Part shown: positions 19,354 to 29,077 of the stretch, piece by piece | Numbering within the stretch: position 1 is the stretch's first letter | Layout of the letters: each line of letters starts with the position of its first letter | The notes under the pieces: generated by a model | Told to the model about the DNA's origin: nothing | The model's input: only the letters and a program-made list of their open reading frames with translations | The model's database searches: none | Made by a program: the position numbers and the translations under genes | From: Rickettsiales bacterium | GTDB lineage: Bacteria > Pseudomonadota > Alphaproteobacteria > Rickettsiales > JABIRX01 | NCBI GenBank assembly: GCA_034111325.1 | Contig: JAWUXM010000002.1 | Location: forward strand, 80,774-144,773 | DNA length: 64,000 nt | Direction of reading: 5' to 3'

Positions 19354-20844
19354 ATGAAAGGAAAAACAACTGAAATTATGAACGAAATTTTAAGCGCCGC
19401 AGAAATCTATCTTGCCGATAAATTAACTACTGAGAAATTTAGTATTTCAGGCGAACAACTTATGGAGAATGCTGGCACGGAGATTAGCAAAATCATCACG
19501 CAAAAATATCAACCTTGCGCTATTTTGGTTTTGTGTGGTTTAGGTAATAATGGTGGCGATGGCTTTGTTGTAGCACGCTTGCTACAAACGCAGGGCTTTA
19601 CAGTGCAGCTTTGTGTTTTTGGCGATGACAGCAAAATAAAAAATGATGCGTTACTTGCCAAAGCAAAATGGTTGGCTGATGGCGGCGAGATCAAAGCTTT
19701 TTCAAATGATTTACTAAAAGAGGCGGCGTTAATTATTGATGCGATTCTAGGCGTTGGTTTAAGTAAAAATATTGAGGGAGAGATTGCGCAAGCAATTGAT
19801 TATGTTAACAAATCAAAGCTGCCAATTATCGCGGTGGATATTCCAAGCGGCGTCAATGCAGATGATGGCAAAATCATGGGAGTTGCGATTCAGGCAAGCG
19901 AAACGATAAGCTTTTTCCGTCCGAAATTAGGTCATTATCTCTTACCGGGGAAGGAATATATTGGTAGATTACATATTGTTGATATTGGCATTCCAAATGA
20001 TGTATTGCTTGAGATCAAAGTACAGAATTTCTTGAATGAGCCGAGCCTTTGGCAAAATGATTTCCCACATCTAAAAGCGGCTAGCAATAAATATGATCGT
20101 GGGCATGCGATAATAATTGGTGGTGAAATGCAATCCGCCGGCGCTGCAAAAATCGCCGCTTATTCTGCACTACGTAGCGGCAGCGGCTTAGTCAGTGTGG
20201 CGTGTTCATCAGAAACATTGCTAATTTATGCAGAATCCTTAATGGCAGTGATGACCAAACTTGTTGATTCAGAGGAAGCCCTCACCAAGCTAATTGATGA
20301 TAAAAGAACCAGCGCTTTTCTCATCGGCCCGGGGAGCGGCTTGACGCAAGCAACAAAAGAAAAAACTCAACAAATTTTGCTAAGCAGAAAAGCTTGCGTA
20401 ATTGATGCAGATGCGATTTCAGTTTTTGCAGATAACCCAAAAGAGATTTTCGCCCTAACTCACGAAAATGTAATTTTCACACCACATAGCGGTGAATTTA
20501 AAAGGATTTTTGATGATAGCGGCAGCAAAATAGAGAATGCTAAAAAAGCTGCACAACAAAGCGGCGCAGTGGTAATTTTGAAAGGTAATGATACAATTAT
20601 TGCTAGCCCTGATGGACGGTTAGCGATAAATCACAATGCGCCAAATTGGCTAGCAACGGCAGGCTCTGGCGACGCATTAGCAGGAATCGCCACTGGTTTA
20701 CTCGCGCAACATATGCCAACTTTTGAAGCAGCCTGCGCTGCTGTTTGGCTTCATTCAGAAGCGGCAAACTTCTCCTCAATTGGTATGATCGCGGAAGATT
20801 TAATCGATAATATTCCAAAGGCTTTAAGTCTTATTCATATTTAG
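19354..20844 (+). CDS. nnr: Bifunctional NAD(P)H-hydrate repair enzyme (epimerase/ADP-dependent dehydratase)
   Basis: YjeF-N motif GLGNNGGDG and C-terminal carbohydrate-kinase motif GSGDALAG. Confidence 0.85.
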   Translation: MKGKTTEIMNEILSAAEIYLADKLTTEKFSISGEQLMENAGTEISKIITQKYQPCAILVLCGLGNNGGDGFVVARLLQTQGFTVQLCVFGDDSKIKNDALLAKAKWLADGGEIKAFSNDLLKEAALIIDAILGVGLSKNIEGEIAQAIDYVNKSKLPIIAVDIPSGVNADDGKIMGVAIQASETISFFRPKLGHYLLPGKEYIGRLHIVDIGIPNDVLLEIKVQNFLNEPSLWQNDFPHLKAASNKYDRGHAIIIGGEMQSAGAAKIAAYSALRSGSGLVSVACSSETLLIYAESLMAVMTKLVDSEEALTKLIDDKRTSAFLIGPGSGLTQATKEKTQQILLSRKACVIDADAISVFADNPKEIFALTHENVIFTPHSGEFKRIFDDSGSKIENAKKAAQQSGAVVILKGNDTIIASPDGRLAINHNAPNWLATAGSGDALAGIATGLLAQHMPTFEAACAAVWLHSEAANFSSIGMIAEDLIDNIPKALSLIHI

Positions 20845-21294
20845 GAAATCCAGCGCACCTTGTAACATAAAAGAAGCGGCGACCATATCGTCTGATTTAT
20901 CAGCCTGTTTTGGTGAAAAGCCAGCCTGCTCAAAAACTCGTGATGCAGCTCTGGTTGAAAACCTTTCATCCCATAGAGAAATAGGTAAATCAACATGTTT
21001 ACTTAAGCGATCAGCAAAGCTTTCAACTTGTGCAGCAGCGCGCCCAATTGAGCCGTCTAATTCAAAAGGCATGCCAATTACGACCCCGCCAATTTCTTCA
21101 TTTTTGATAATATCCGCAAGTTGTTGCAAGTCTTTCTCGAGATTATTACGTTTTAGAATTTTACGCGGGCTCGCAATCATGCGTGTAGAGTCGGAAATTG
21201 CGATACCTAGTTTTTTTGTGCCAAAATCAATACCCATTAGGCGGGTATGATTGCTTTTATCGGTGAAGAAATATTCTATAGAAACTGTAGCCAT
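20824..21294 (-). CDS. ruvX: Holliday junction resolvase-like RuvX (YqgF)
   Basis: LMGIDFGTKKLGIAISD N-terminal RNase H-fold motif; ~155 aa. Confidence 0.85.
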   Translation of the reverse strand: MATVSIEYFFTDKSNHTRLMGIDFGTKKLGIAISDSTRMIASPRKILKRNNLEKDLQQLADIIKNEEIGGVVIGMPFELDGSIGRAAAQVESFADRLSKHVDLPISLWDERFSTRAASRVFEQAGFSPKQADKSDDMVAASFMLQGALDFLNMNKT

Positions 21295-21369
21295 GTGCAG
21301 AAGTTGGTGGATTTTAAGTAAATATCAATTAAAAACAGCAACCCTCCATTATATAACTATCCTAGAGAG

Positions 21370-22893
21370 ATGAAAAAAATTACTAGAGCGTTAATTTCCG
21401 TATCAGATAAAACCAACCTTGCTGAATTAGTCAAACTTCTACGTGAGTATAATATTGATATAGTGTCTACAGGCGGCACATATAAAGCCATTAGTGATTT
21501 AGGCATAAAAGCCACTGAGATCTCTGATTATACAGGTTTTCCAGAGATTATGTCTGGCCGTGTAAAAACCCTTAACCCTTTGATTTATGGGGGGATTTTG
21601 GCAGATCGTGATAAGCAAGATCACATGCAAGCCATGCAAGATAATGAAATCAAGCAAATCGATTTAGTTATCGTAAATTTATATCCTTTTGAAGCAACTG
21701 TCGCAGGCGGAGCGGATTTTGCTACTGCTATTGAAAACATTGATATTGGTGGTCCATCGATGATTCGCGCTACAGCTAAGAATCATGCACACACCACAAT
21801 TCTAACTGACCCTGCTGATTATACGCAGTTTTTTGAACAGATGCGTGCTAATGATGGGCAAGTCTCGGCGGAGTTCCGCAAAGAGATGGCGGTTAAAGCT
21901 TTTGGGCGCACAGCAAAATATGATATAGCAATCTATAATTGGTTTAATAAAGAAGAAGAATTTGCTCCAGAACTCAAAGTGAATGCGCAGTTAAAACAAG
22001 TTTTGCGCTATGGCGAAAATCCACATCAAAAAGCTGCTTTATATCAAAATTCAGATAGAGGAATTGTCGCTAGCGAACAAATTCAGGGCAAGGAACTTAG
22101 CTATAATAATATCGCAGATAGTGATAGTGCTTTTGCTTTGATTAAAGAATTTAGTGAACCTGCAGCGGCGATTATCAAACATGCAAACCCTTGTGGCGTT
22201 GCTATTGGTGATAATATAACAGAGGCCTATCAACGCGCTCTGGAGTGCGACAAGGTCAGTGCATTTGGCGGTATTATTGCGTTAAATCGTCCGCTCAATA
22301 AAGAACTAGCCTTACTTATCAAAGAGATGTTTTTTGAGGTAATTATAACGCCAGCGATTGAGCCAGCAGCGCAGGAGATTTTAGCAGCGAAAAAGAATAT
22401 GCGTATTCTTATCGCCAATATTGAAAGCCCCGCAGATAAAGTGATGGTTAAGTCAGTTTCTGGCGGTTTTTTAGTGCAAGATAATGATAATTATACAGTA
22501 ACTAGCAAAGATCTAAAAATAGTTACTAAAAAGCAGCCAGACGAAGTAGAGATTCAAAATTTACTGTTTGCCTTCAAAGTTTGCAAACATGTAAAATCAA
22601 ACGCAATTGTTATAGCCAAAAATTTTGCCGCAATTGGTGTTGGTGCTGGGCAAATGAGCCGTGTTGATTCAGTAAGATTAGCAGTAGAAAGAGCAGGCAG
22701 TGATGCCAAAGGCGCTGTGCTTGCTTCAGACGCTTTTTTCCCTTTTGCTGATGGTTTATTAGAGGCCACAAAAGCAGGAGTAGCAGCCTTCATTCAGCCA
22801 GGTGGCTCTATGCGTGATGATGAAGTGATTAAAGCCGCCGATGATTCTGACGTGGCAATGGTCACCACTGGAATCCGCCACTTCAAACACTAA
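21370..22893 (+). CDS. purH: Bifunctional AICAR transformylase / IMP cyclohydrolase
   Basis: ALISVSDKT..., GGTYKA, and the C-terminal FIQPGGSMRDDEVI...TGIRHFKH. Confidence 0.95.
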   Translation: MKKITRALISVSDKTNLAELVKLLREYNIDIVSTGGTYKAISDLGIKATEISDYTGFPEIMSGRVKTLNPLIYGGILADRDKQDHMQAMQDNEIKQIDLVIVNLYPFEATVAGGADFATAIENIDIGGPSMIRATAKNHAHTTILTDPADYTQFFEQMRANDGQVSAEFRKEMAVKAFGRTAKYDIAIYNWFNKEEEFAPELKVNAQLKQVLRYGENPHQKAALYQNSDRGIVASEQIQGKELSYNNIADSDSAFALIKEFSEPAAAIIKHANPCGVAIGDNITEAYQRALECDKVSAFGGIIALNRPLNKELALLIKEMFFEVIITPAIEPAAQEILAAKKNMRILIANIESPADKVMVKSVSGGFLVQDNDNYTVTSKDLKIVTKKQPDEVEIQNLLFAFKVCKHVKSNAIVIAKNFAAIGVGAGQMSRVDSVRLAVERAGSDAKGAVLASDAFFPFADGLLEATKAGVAAFIQPGGSMRDDEVIKAADDSDVAMVTTGIRHFKH

Positions 22894-23022
22894 AAATCTA
22901 ATTCTTTTGAGTGCTTTTTTGCCAATAACTTTTGAGTGCTTTTCTGCCAAATAGCTTGCACTTGTGTATTAACTAAATTCTTCTAGAGTACGCTCGCCTT
23001 AATCTATCTATATATTTATTTT

Positions 23023-24843
23023 ATGACTGACATTAGAAATATCGCCATTATTGCCCACGTTGATCACGGGAAAACAACATTGATTGATTCACTTTTTCAA
23101 CAAAGTGGTTCCTTTCGTGATAATCAGCAAATGGGTGAACGCATCATGGACTCTAATGATTTAGAGCGTGAGCGCGGCATTACGATTTTAGCTAAATGTA
23201 CATCAATTAAATGGCAGGAAAGTAAAATTAATATTATCGACACTCCGGGACACGCAGATTTCGGTGGTGAGGTTGAACGTGTATTATCTATGGCTGATGG
23301 TGTGTTATTGCTAGTTGATTCAAGCGAAGGCCCTATGCCACAAACAAAATTCGTTTTAACCAAAGCTTTAGCGCTTGGTCTAAAACCAATCGTAGTTATC
23401 AATAAAATCGACAAACCAGATAGCCGAGCAGATGAAGTTTTGGACGAAGTTTTTGACTTATTCGTATCGCTTAACGCTAATGACCAACAATTAGACTTTC
23501 CAACTCTATATGCTTCAGGGCGTGATGGTTGGTGTGTACGTGACCTTGAAGATGAACGTAAAGATTTAACGCCGCTTTTAGGTGCTGTACTAGAATATGT
23601 TAGCCCGCCACAAGTAGATAAAGAGGCACCATTTTCAATGTTGGCAACAATATTGCAGGCTGACCCATATTTAGGGCCAGTATTAATTGGTAAGGTCTAT
23701 AGCGGTGTAGCAAAAATCAATATGCCAGTTCATGCAATAGATTTGAATGGTAAGGAAGTTGAAAAAGGGCGTTTAACAAAATTACAATCTTTTGAGGGCG
23801 TTAGTCGTGTGCCGATTGAAGAAGCGCAAGCAGGTGATATCATCGCTATTGCGGGAATGGTCAAAAGTGGCGTTTCTGATACTATTGCAGATATATCTGT
23901 TACTGAGCCAATTTATTCAACACCAGTTGACCCTCCAACCATCGCAATTACCATTAGTGTGAATGATTCTCCTTTTGCTGGGCAAGAAGGTACAAAAGTA
24001 ACTTCTCGGATGATTGCTGATCGTTTAACTCATGAAGAAGCAGTTAACGTTGCAATCACTGTGACAGAAACTGAGAAAAAAGATGCGTTTGAAGTAGGTG
24101 GCCGTGGTGAGCTACAGTTAGGCGTGTTGATCGAAACTATGCGTCGTGAAGGTTTTGAACTTTCCGTTTCTAAGCCAAGAGTACTTCTGCAAGAAATTGA
24201 TGGCGTATTATCTGAGCCTTTGGAAGAAGTAACCATCAATGTTGATGATGAATATAGTGGTGTTGTAGTTGAAAAACTTAGTAAAAGAAAAGGTGAATTA
24301 CGTGAGATGAAGCCTAGTGAAGGCGGAAGGACGTCGATTGAATTCCTAATTCCTGCTCGTGGCTTGATCGGTTATCAAGGTGAATTTATGACTGATACAC
24401 GTGGTACTGGGCTATTAAATCGCCTGTTCCATTCTTATGGCAAATATCGTGGACCGATTGAAAATCGCCGCAATGGTGCGCTCATTTCTACTGGTCAGGG
24501 TGAAACTGTAGCCTATGCTTTATTTAATCTACAAGAGCGCGGCATGATGTTCCTAAATAGTGGTGAAAAAGTCTATGCAGGCATGGTAATTGGTGAACAT
24601 AATCGTGATAATGATTTAGAAGTTAACATCCTCAAAGGTAAGCAATTAACCAATATGCGTGCTTCAGGTAAAGACGAAGCCGTAAAAGTTACAGCTCCTA
24701 AAAAAATGACTTTAGAGGAAATGATTTCTTATATTGGTGACGATGAATTAGTCGAAGTCACGCCAGAATCGCTTCGTATACGTAAAAAATTGCTTGATCC
24801 AAACGCGCGGAAAAGAGCCGAAAGATCTGGAGACAAACTATAG
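23023..24843 (+). CDS. typA: Translational GTPase TypA/BipA
   Basis: [21 protein letters not shown] and NKID G-motifs; ~606 aa. Confidence 0.95.
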   Translation: MTDIRNIAIIAHVDHGKTTLIDSLFQQSGSFRDNQQMGERIMDSNDLERERGITILAKCTSIKWQESKINIIDTPGHADFGGEVERVLSMADGVLLLVDSSEGPMPQTKFVLTKALALGLKPIVVINKIDKPDSRADEVLDEVFDLFVSLNANDQQLDFPTLYASGRDGWCVRDLEDERKDLTPLLGAVLEYVSPPQVDKEAPFSMLATILQADPYLGPVLIGKVYSGVAKINMPVHAIDLNGKEVEKGRLTKLQSFEGVSRVPIEEAQAGDIIAIAGMVKSGVSDTIADISVTEPIYSTPVDPPTIAITISVNDSPFAGQEGTKVTSRMIADRLTHEEAVNVAITVTETEKKDAFEVGGRGELQLGVLIETMRREGFELSVSKPRVLLQEIDGVLSEPLEEVTINVDDEYSGVVVEKLSKRKGELREMKPSEGGRTSIEFLIPARGLIGYQGEFMTDTRGTGLLNRLFHSYGKYRGPIENRRNGALISTGQGETVAYALFNLQERGMMFLNSGEKVYAGMVIGEHNRDNDLEVNILKGKQLTNMRASGKDEAVKVTAPKKMTLEEMISYIGDDELVEVTPESLRIRKKLLDPNARKRAERSGDKL

Positions 24844-24877
24844 ATCCCTTGTTACACAAGCGTAAGGGATAGTTTAT

Positions 24878-25651
24878 ATGGTAAAGAAAATGAATTATAT
24901 CGGTTTTTATACACTCTATTATAAAGAATCCTTTCGCTTTCTAAAAGTCTATAATCAGACATTATTTGCTCCTGTTATTAACACCCTCATTTTTCTGGCG
25001 ATTTTCATGTTAGCTATCGGTGGTAGTGACCGTTCTATCGGTGGCATACCTTTTAGTGAGTTTATGGTCCCCGGGCTCATTATGATGGTGATAACACAAA
25101 ACGCCTTTGCAAACAGCTCTTCTTCCATGACTATGGGCAAAGTTTTGGGGCATATAATTGATCTATTAATTCCACCCCTTTCAGCAGGAGAGATCACTAA
25201 TGCTATGCTTTTAGCTGCGATAACCAGAGGCGTTATTGTTGGCATTCTTACTGCAATGGCGATTTATATCTTTGTGCCTTTTCAAATCCACCATGTTGGC
25301 TTGCTGATTTTTTATGTATTATCTGCAAGTTTTTTGCTTGGCCTGTTAGGCTTGCTCTGTGGCTTGTTATCAAATACATTCGACCAAATGTCAGCAATTA
25401 CCAGCTATATCATAACGCCGCTTTCCTTTTTATCAGGAACCTTCTATTCGGTAAAAAACCTGCCTGATTTCTGGTATCAAGTAAGCACTTATAATCCATT
25501 TTTCTATATGATTGACGGGATAAGATATGCAATGACAAACTATGCTGATGGCTCCATCAATGTTGGAATAATTTATTTAACGGCAACTAATATTGTGATG
25601 TGGTTAGTAGTTTATTACTTGATTCGCATAGGATTTAGGCTAAAATCTTAA
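24878..25651 (+). CDS. ABC-2 type transporter permease (YadH-like)
   Basis: Six hydrophobic segments with ABC-2 family topology. No adjacent ATPase gene. Confidence 0.7.
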   Translation: MVKKMNYIGFYTLYYKESFRFLKVYNQTLFAPVINTLIFLAIFMLAIGGSDRSIGGIPFSEFMVPGLIMMVITQNAFANSSSSMTMGKVLGHIIDLLIPPLSAGEITNAMLLAAITRGVIVGILTAMAIYIFVPFQIHHVGLLIFYVLSASFLLGLLGLLCGLLSNTFDQMSAITSYIITPLSFLSGTFYSVKNLPDFWYQVSTYNPFFYMIDGIRYAMTNYADGSINVGIIYLTATNIVMWLVVYYLIRIGFRLKS

Positions 25652-25674
25652 TTTATAATCACGTTATTCCTCTA

Positions 25675-25788
25675 CACGTCACTCCCTGAATTCTGAAAGA
25701 ATTCAAGGGGAGCCTAGAAGCAAAGAGCGAGATAATTGTTTGTGGCTGTGGATAACCCTAGAATTCCTATGGAATTCAGGGCATTATG
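25675..25788. repeat. Two-hairpin MITE/RPE-like element, family A
   Basis: CACGTCACTCCCTGAATTCTGAAAGAATTCAAGGGGA ... CCCTAGAATTCCTATGGAATTCAGGGC. It aligns over its whole length with the reverse complement of 28519-28630. Confidence 0.75.
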
Positions 25789-25819
25789 AATCTATTACGG
25801 AGAATTAAAAAAGAAAAAA

Positions 25820-26353
25820 ATGGCAAAATTACCAATTATCGAATGGCCTGATAAAAGGCTCAAAAAGAAATCTCTACCAGTTGCAAAGGTTGATGATGAG
25901 TTGCGCAAATTCATGGATGACATGTTAGAGACCATGTATGATGCTAGTGGTGTGGGCTTGGCGGCCGTTCAGGTTGGCGTGTTAAAACGTATTTTAGTAA
26001 TGGATGTTAGCTATGGCTCAGCACGTTACGAAGATTCGAAAGAAGAAAGTAAACCGCAGCCATATTTTCTAATTAACCCAGAAATCCTTACAGAAGATCA
26101 AAATCTAGCTCCTTATGATGAAGGCTGCCTTTCCTTCCCTGGTCAATATGCTGAAGTTATTCGCCCAGAGACGGTTCGTGTGAGCTATCTTGACTATCAC
26201 GGAAAAGAAAGGGAGATGAAAGCGGAAGGGCTAATGGCGGTTTGTGTACAGCATGAGATCGACCATCTAAACGGCATTGTTTTTGTTGATCATATTTCAC
26301 GGTTAAAACGTGCCTTCGTCCTCAAAAAACTCGAAAAAGCTAAGAAATTCTAA
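25820..26353 (+). CDS. def: Peptide deformylase
   Basis: GVGLAAVQVG, EGCLSFPG and HEIDHLNG motifs. Confidence 0.9.
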   Translation: MAKLPIIEWPDKRLKKKSLPVAKVDDELRKFMDDMLETMYDASGVGLAAVQVGVLKRILVMDVSYGSARYEDSKEESKPQPYFLINPEILTEDQNLAPYDEGCLSFPGQYAEVIRPETVRVSYLDYHGKEREMKAEGLMAVCVQHEIDHLNGIVFVDHISRLKRAFVLKKLEKAKKF

Positions 26354-26355
26354 TC

Positions 26356-27210
26356 ATGCAACTAGTTCAAAATATTCAAGAAATTATCGATCAATATGAT
26401 TTTTTCATATTAGATTTATGGGGAGTTATCCACGATGGACAAGCGACTTACCCAAATGTCCTCGCAACGTTAGAGTTATTAAAAGCCAAAGATAAGAAAG
26501 TGATTTTCCTTTCTAATGCACCACGCCGCGCCTCTAAAGCAGAGGAAGTCTTGACGCAGCTAGGGATTAAGGGAGATTTATATATTGATATTATAACCTC
26601 TGGTGAGGTTGCATATCAAACTTTTAAAGCAGAACAAACGGAGCAAATTAAACCATATTTCTATATCGGGCCAGAAAAAGACCGTGCTGTTTTTGATGGT
26701 TTAAATTGCCAAGAAATAATGGATGCAAGTAAAGCAGAGTTTGTTTTAGCGACTGGTTTTGAAGTCGGTGGGAAAATGGATGATGTGATGCCACAATTAA
26801 AGGATGCTGCGCGATATAAACTCCCTATGCTTTGTGTGAACCCTGATAAAATCGTCGTTCGTCAGGATGGCTCTGTGCAGCTTTGCTCAGGTTTGATGGC
26901 TGATGAATATAAACAATTAGGTGGTGAAGTAACATATTACGGCAAGCCTTATCCAAAGGTTTACGAACATATTTTTACTAAATATCCTACTATTGATCGT
27001 AGCAAAATCCTTGTCGTTGGCGATGCTTTGGAGACGGATATTAAAGGTGCGCACGATAATGGGCTAGATTCTGCGTGGATTGTTTCAGGAATTCACCTAA
27101 AAGATCTAAATATTAAATTTGGCGAGATGCCAGAGCTAGCAGATCTCAAAGCAATGACCCAAGATTTCAATACTGTTCCAAACTATATTTTGCCAAAATT
27201 TGGCATTTAA
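26356..27210 (+). CDS. HAD-superfamily hydrolase, subfamily IIA
   Basis: FILDLWGVIHDG (motif I), LSNAP, and GDALETDIKGA (motif IV). Confidence 0.75.
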   Translation: MQLVQNIQEIIDQYDFFILDLWGVIHDGQATYPNVLATLELLKAKDKKVIFLSNAPRRASKAEEVLTQLGIKGDLYIDIITSGEVAYQTFKAEQTEQIKPYFYIGPEKDRAVFDGLNCQEIMDASKAEFVLATGFEVGGKMDDVMPQLKDAARYKLPMLCVNPDKIVVRQDGSVQLCSGLMADEYKQLGGEVTYYGKPYPKVYEHIFTKYPTIDRSKILVVGDALETDIKGAHDNGLDSAWIVSGIHLKDLNIKFGEMPELADLKAMTQDFNTVPNYILPKFGI

Positions 27211-27218
27211 TTATAAAA

Positions 27219-27234
27219 TGTTTCACGTGAAACA
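27219..27234. promoter_or_regulatory. parS: parS site, perfect TGTTTCACGTGAAACA
   Basis: Exact consensus palindrome, 9 nt after the HAD hydrolase stop. The flanking sequence is related to the parS modules at 28402 and 28706. Confidence 0.8.
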
Positions 27235-27433
27235 TTGACGAGATCATGCGGAAACCGCAGACCCTTCATTTTTTAGAGCTTGTTTTTAACCTACAATGTC
27301 TAGCAAGCCACAAAACTGGCTCGCCCTCCCTCAATTGACTTTTACTACTTCTCCATTTTGCCTTTGCAAAAAACATTTAATAGTGCGTTAATGGATATAA
27401 AAGTAATATAACCAACCGAAAAACTGTAATATC

Positions 27434-28393
27434 ATGAGTAAAATCGAGATTTATACTAATAAAAACAATGAGGCTTCAATTGAAGTCCAGTTTGAAAACG
27501 AAACTGTTTGGCTTACACAAAGTCAGATAAGTGACCTTTTTGGAAGAGACAGAACTGTAATTTCAAGGCATTTAAATAATGTATTTAAAGAAGGTGAGCT
27601 TGAGAAAAAAAGCAATATGCAAAAAATGCATATTGCAAATTCTGACAAGCCCGTCGAGCTTTATAACCTTGATGTGATTATCTCAGTTGGCTATCGAGTC
27701 AAATCAAAACAAGGCACGCAATTTAGAATTTGGGCGACTAATCGCTTAAAAGAATATTTAGTTCAAGGCTATTCCATCAACGAAGAGAGGCTCAACCAAT
27801 TACAAAAAACCATTAAACTTATTGGTAAAAATATTGATGTAGAGAATGTTGATTTGGGGGAAGCAAAGGGTATGCTTAATATAATCAAAAACTACAATGA
27901 GAGCTTTGTTTTGCTTAATCAATTTGATAGCAATAGCTTAGAAACAAAGCATCTTAATAGAAACATCACTTACGCAATAAAGCATGATGAAGCTTTGCTA
28001 GCAATAACCGAACTCAAAAACCAACTCATTAAGAAAAAAGAAGCAACCGAGTTGTTTGGTAATCGAAAAGACGATTCTTTTCAGGGCACTTTGGGTAATA
28101 TTTTACAAAGTTTCGGCGGAGAATATCTATATCCCTCAATTGAAGAACAGGCGGCAAATTTGCTTTATTTAACCATTAAAAACCACTCGTTTTCTGACGG
28201 CAATAAACGCATCGGCGCCTTTATGTTTATTTGGTTTTTAGAGAAAAACAAACACTCCTTTAAAAAAACAGGCGAGCTCAAGATAAATGATAATGCCTTG
28301 GTGGCTCTTGCTTTATTGGTTGCGAGCAGCAACCCAAGTGACAAAGATTTAATGGTAAAATTAATAATTAATTTAATCAAAGACCAAAAATAG
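27434..28393 (+). CDS. RhuM-N-terminal domain fused to Doc-type Fic domain (RhuM/Fic/DOC family protein)
   Basis: The N-terminal half, VWLTQSQISDLFGRDRTVISRHLNNVF...YNLDVIISVGYRVKSKQGTQFRIWATNRLKEYLVQGY, matches the RhuM family. The C-terminal half has the Fic/Doc core HSFSDGNKRIGAF (HxFxDGNKR, Doc-like NKR). Confidence 0.8.
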   Translation: MSKIEIYTNKNNEASIEVQFENETVWLTQSQISDLFGRDRTVISRHLNNVFKEGELEKKSNMQKMHIANSDKPVELYNLDVIISVGYRVKSKQGTQFRIWATNRLKEYLVQGYSINEERLNQLQKTIKLIGKNIDVENVDLGEAKGMLNIIKNYNESFVLLNQFDSNSLETKHLNRNITYAIKHDEALLAITELKNQLIKKKEATELFGNRKDDSFQGTLGNILQSFGGEYLYPSIEEQAANLLYLTIKNHSFSDGNKRIGAFMFIWFLEKNKHSFKKTGELKINDNALVALALLVASSNPSDKDLMVKLIINLIKDQK

Positions 28394-28401
28394 AGATGGG
28401 A

Positions 28402-28479
28402 AACCATAATGTTTCACGTGAAACATTCACAGGATCCCGCAGATAACTAAGCTTTATGGTTTTTTTGAGCGTCAAATTT
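28402..28479. repeat. parS-carrying ~78-bp direct repeat, copy A
   Basis: AACCATAATGTTTCACGTGAAACATTCACAGGATCCCGCAGATAACTAAGCTTTATGGTTTTTTTGAGCGTCAAATTT is near-identical to 28706-28782. Confidence 0.85.
28410..28425. promoter_or_regulatory. parS: parS site, perfect TGTTTCACGTGAAACA
   Basis: Exact consensus, 17 nt after the Fic/Doc gene stop. Confidence 0.8.
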
Positions 28480-28518
28480 AATAAATAGTTCTTATGGCAT
28501 CTCACACTAAAATATCGT

Positions 28519-28630
28519 CATAGCCTGAATTGCGTAGCAATTCTAAGGCTATCCAGGAGCTACAAACAATTATTGCGCCCTTTACTCCTAGACTCCCTTA
28601 GAATTCCTGCGGAATTCAGGGAGTGACGCG
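28519..28630. repeat. Two-hairpin MITE/RPE-like element, family A (inverted copy)
   Basis: Its reverse complement, CGCGTCACTCCCTGAATTCCGCAGGAATTCTAAGGGAG...ATAATTGTTTGTAGCTCCTGGATAGCCTTAGAATTGCTACGCAATTCAGGCTATG, aligns with 25675-25788. Confidence 0.75.
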
Positions 28631-28705
28631 GCAAGCAAGGGAGTAATAAATATTTTTATCCGGTAGTGTGATGGCATATATAAAACAGCCTTAACATCAT
28701 AATTG

Positions 28706-28782
28706 AACCATAATGTTTCACGTGAAACATTGACAGGATCCCGCAGATAACTAAGCTTTGTGTTTTTTTGAGCGTCAATTTT
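28706..28782. repeat. parS-carrying ~78-bp direct repeat, copy B
   Basis: AACCATAATGTTTCACGTGAAACATTGACAGGATCCCGCAGATAACTAAGCTTTGTGTTTTTTTGAGCGTCAATTT. Confidence 0.85.
28714..28729. promoter_or_regulatory. parS: parS site, perfect TGTTTCACGTGAAACA
   Basis: Exact consensus within direct-repeat copy B. Confidence 0.8.
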
Positions 28783-28804
28783 TCTATTTATCACTCCGCA
28801 GCGA

Positions 28805-29077
28805 CTATGTTTTTTCGCTGATAATCACTGAAAAACCATTTTCCTCACAACTTTTCAACAGCTCTGTAGATAGATAATCAAGTTTACGAATAGTTTCCTG
28901 ATATTTTCTGAGCCAATCTTCCGTAACAAACAATTGGAATTTCTGGAGCTTATTAGCAAAATCTTCACAGCTTTTCATAGCATAGCGCATATTATTCTGC
29001 ACTTGTGCATAGCTACTCACAATATTTTGCATCTCAATATAAACGTTGGTGGGGTTGGTAGATTTGGATTTTGTCAT
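28805..29077 (-). CDS. Hypothetical 90-aa protein (island orphan)
   Basis: Clean ORF starting MTKSKS. It looks helical and has no motif I recognise. It shares an upstream hairpin architecture with the KAP NTPase gene. Confidence 0.45.
   Translation of the reverse strand: MTKSKSTNPTNVYIEMQNIVSSYAQVQNNMRYAMKSCEDFANKLQKFQLFVTEDWLRKYQETIRKLDYLSTELLKSCEENGFSVIISEKT

Noticed and set aside
25746-25756. Perfect DnaA-box complement TGTGGATAA; possible oriC
   Set aside because: It is a single box located inside the family-A repeat. It is not conserved in the second copy of that repeat (CCTGGATAG). No cluster of boxes or AT-rich unwinding element is nearby.
27283-27296. TTTTTAACCTAC resembling the tRNA-fMet T-arm (ATTTGAACCTAC) as a possible outer att scar for the whole 27-31 kb island
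   Set aside because: The match is only ~10/12 over a very short AT-rich string and does not extend into the acceptor-stem sequence. It is well within chance expectation.
28402-28782. Considering the spaced direct repeats as a mini CRISPR array
   Set aside because: There are only two copies. The repeat is ~78 bp and contains parS. The 'spacer' is a known dispersed repeat, and the window has no cas genes.
28588-28794. 68-aa minus-strand ORF in the Fic-90aa intergenic region
   Set aside because: It is made almost entirely of the family-A repeat and parS module copy B, and its NVSRET peptide is just parS read in frame. It is spurious.
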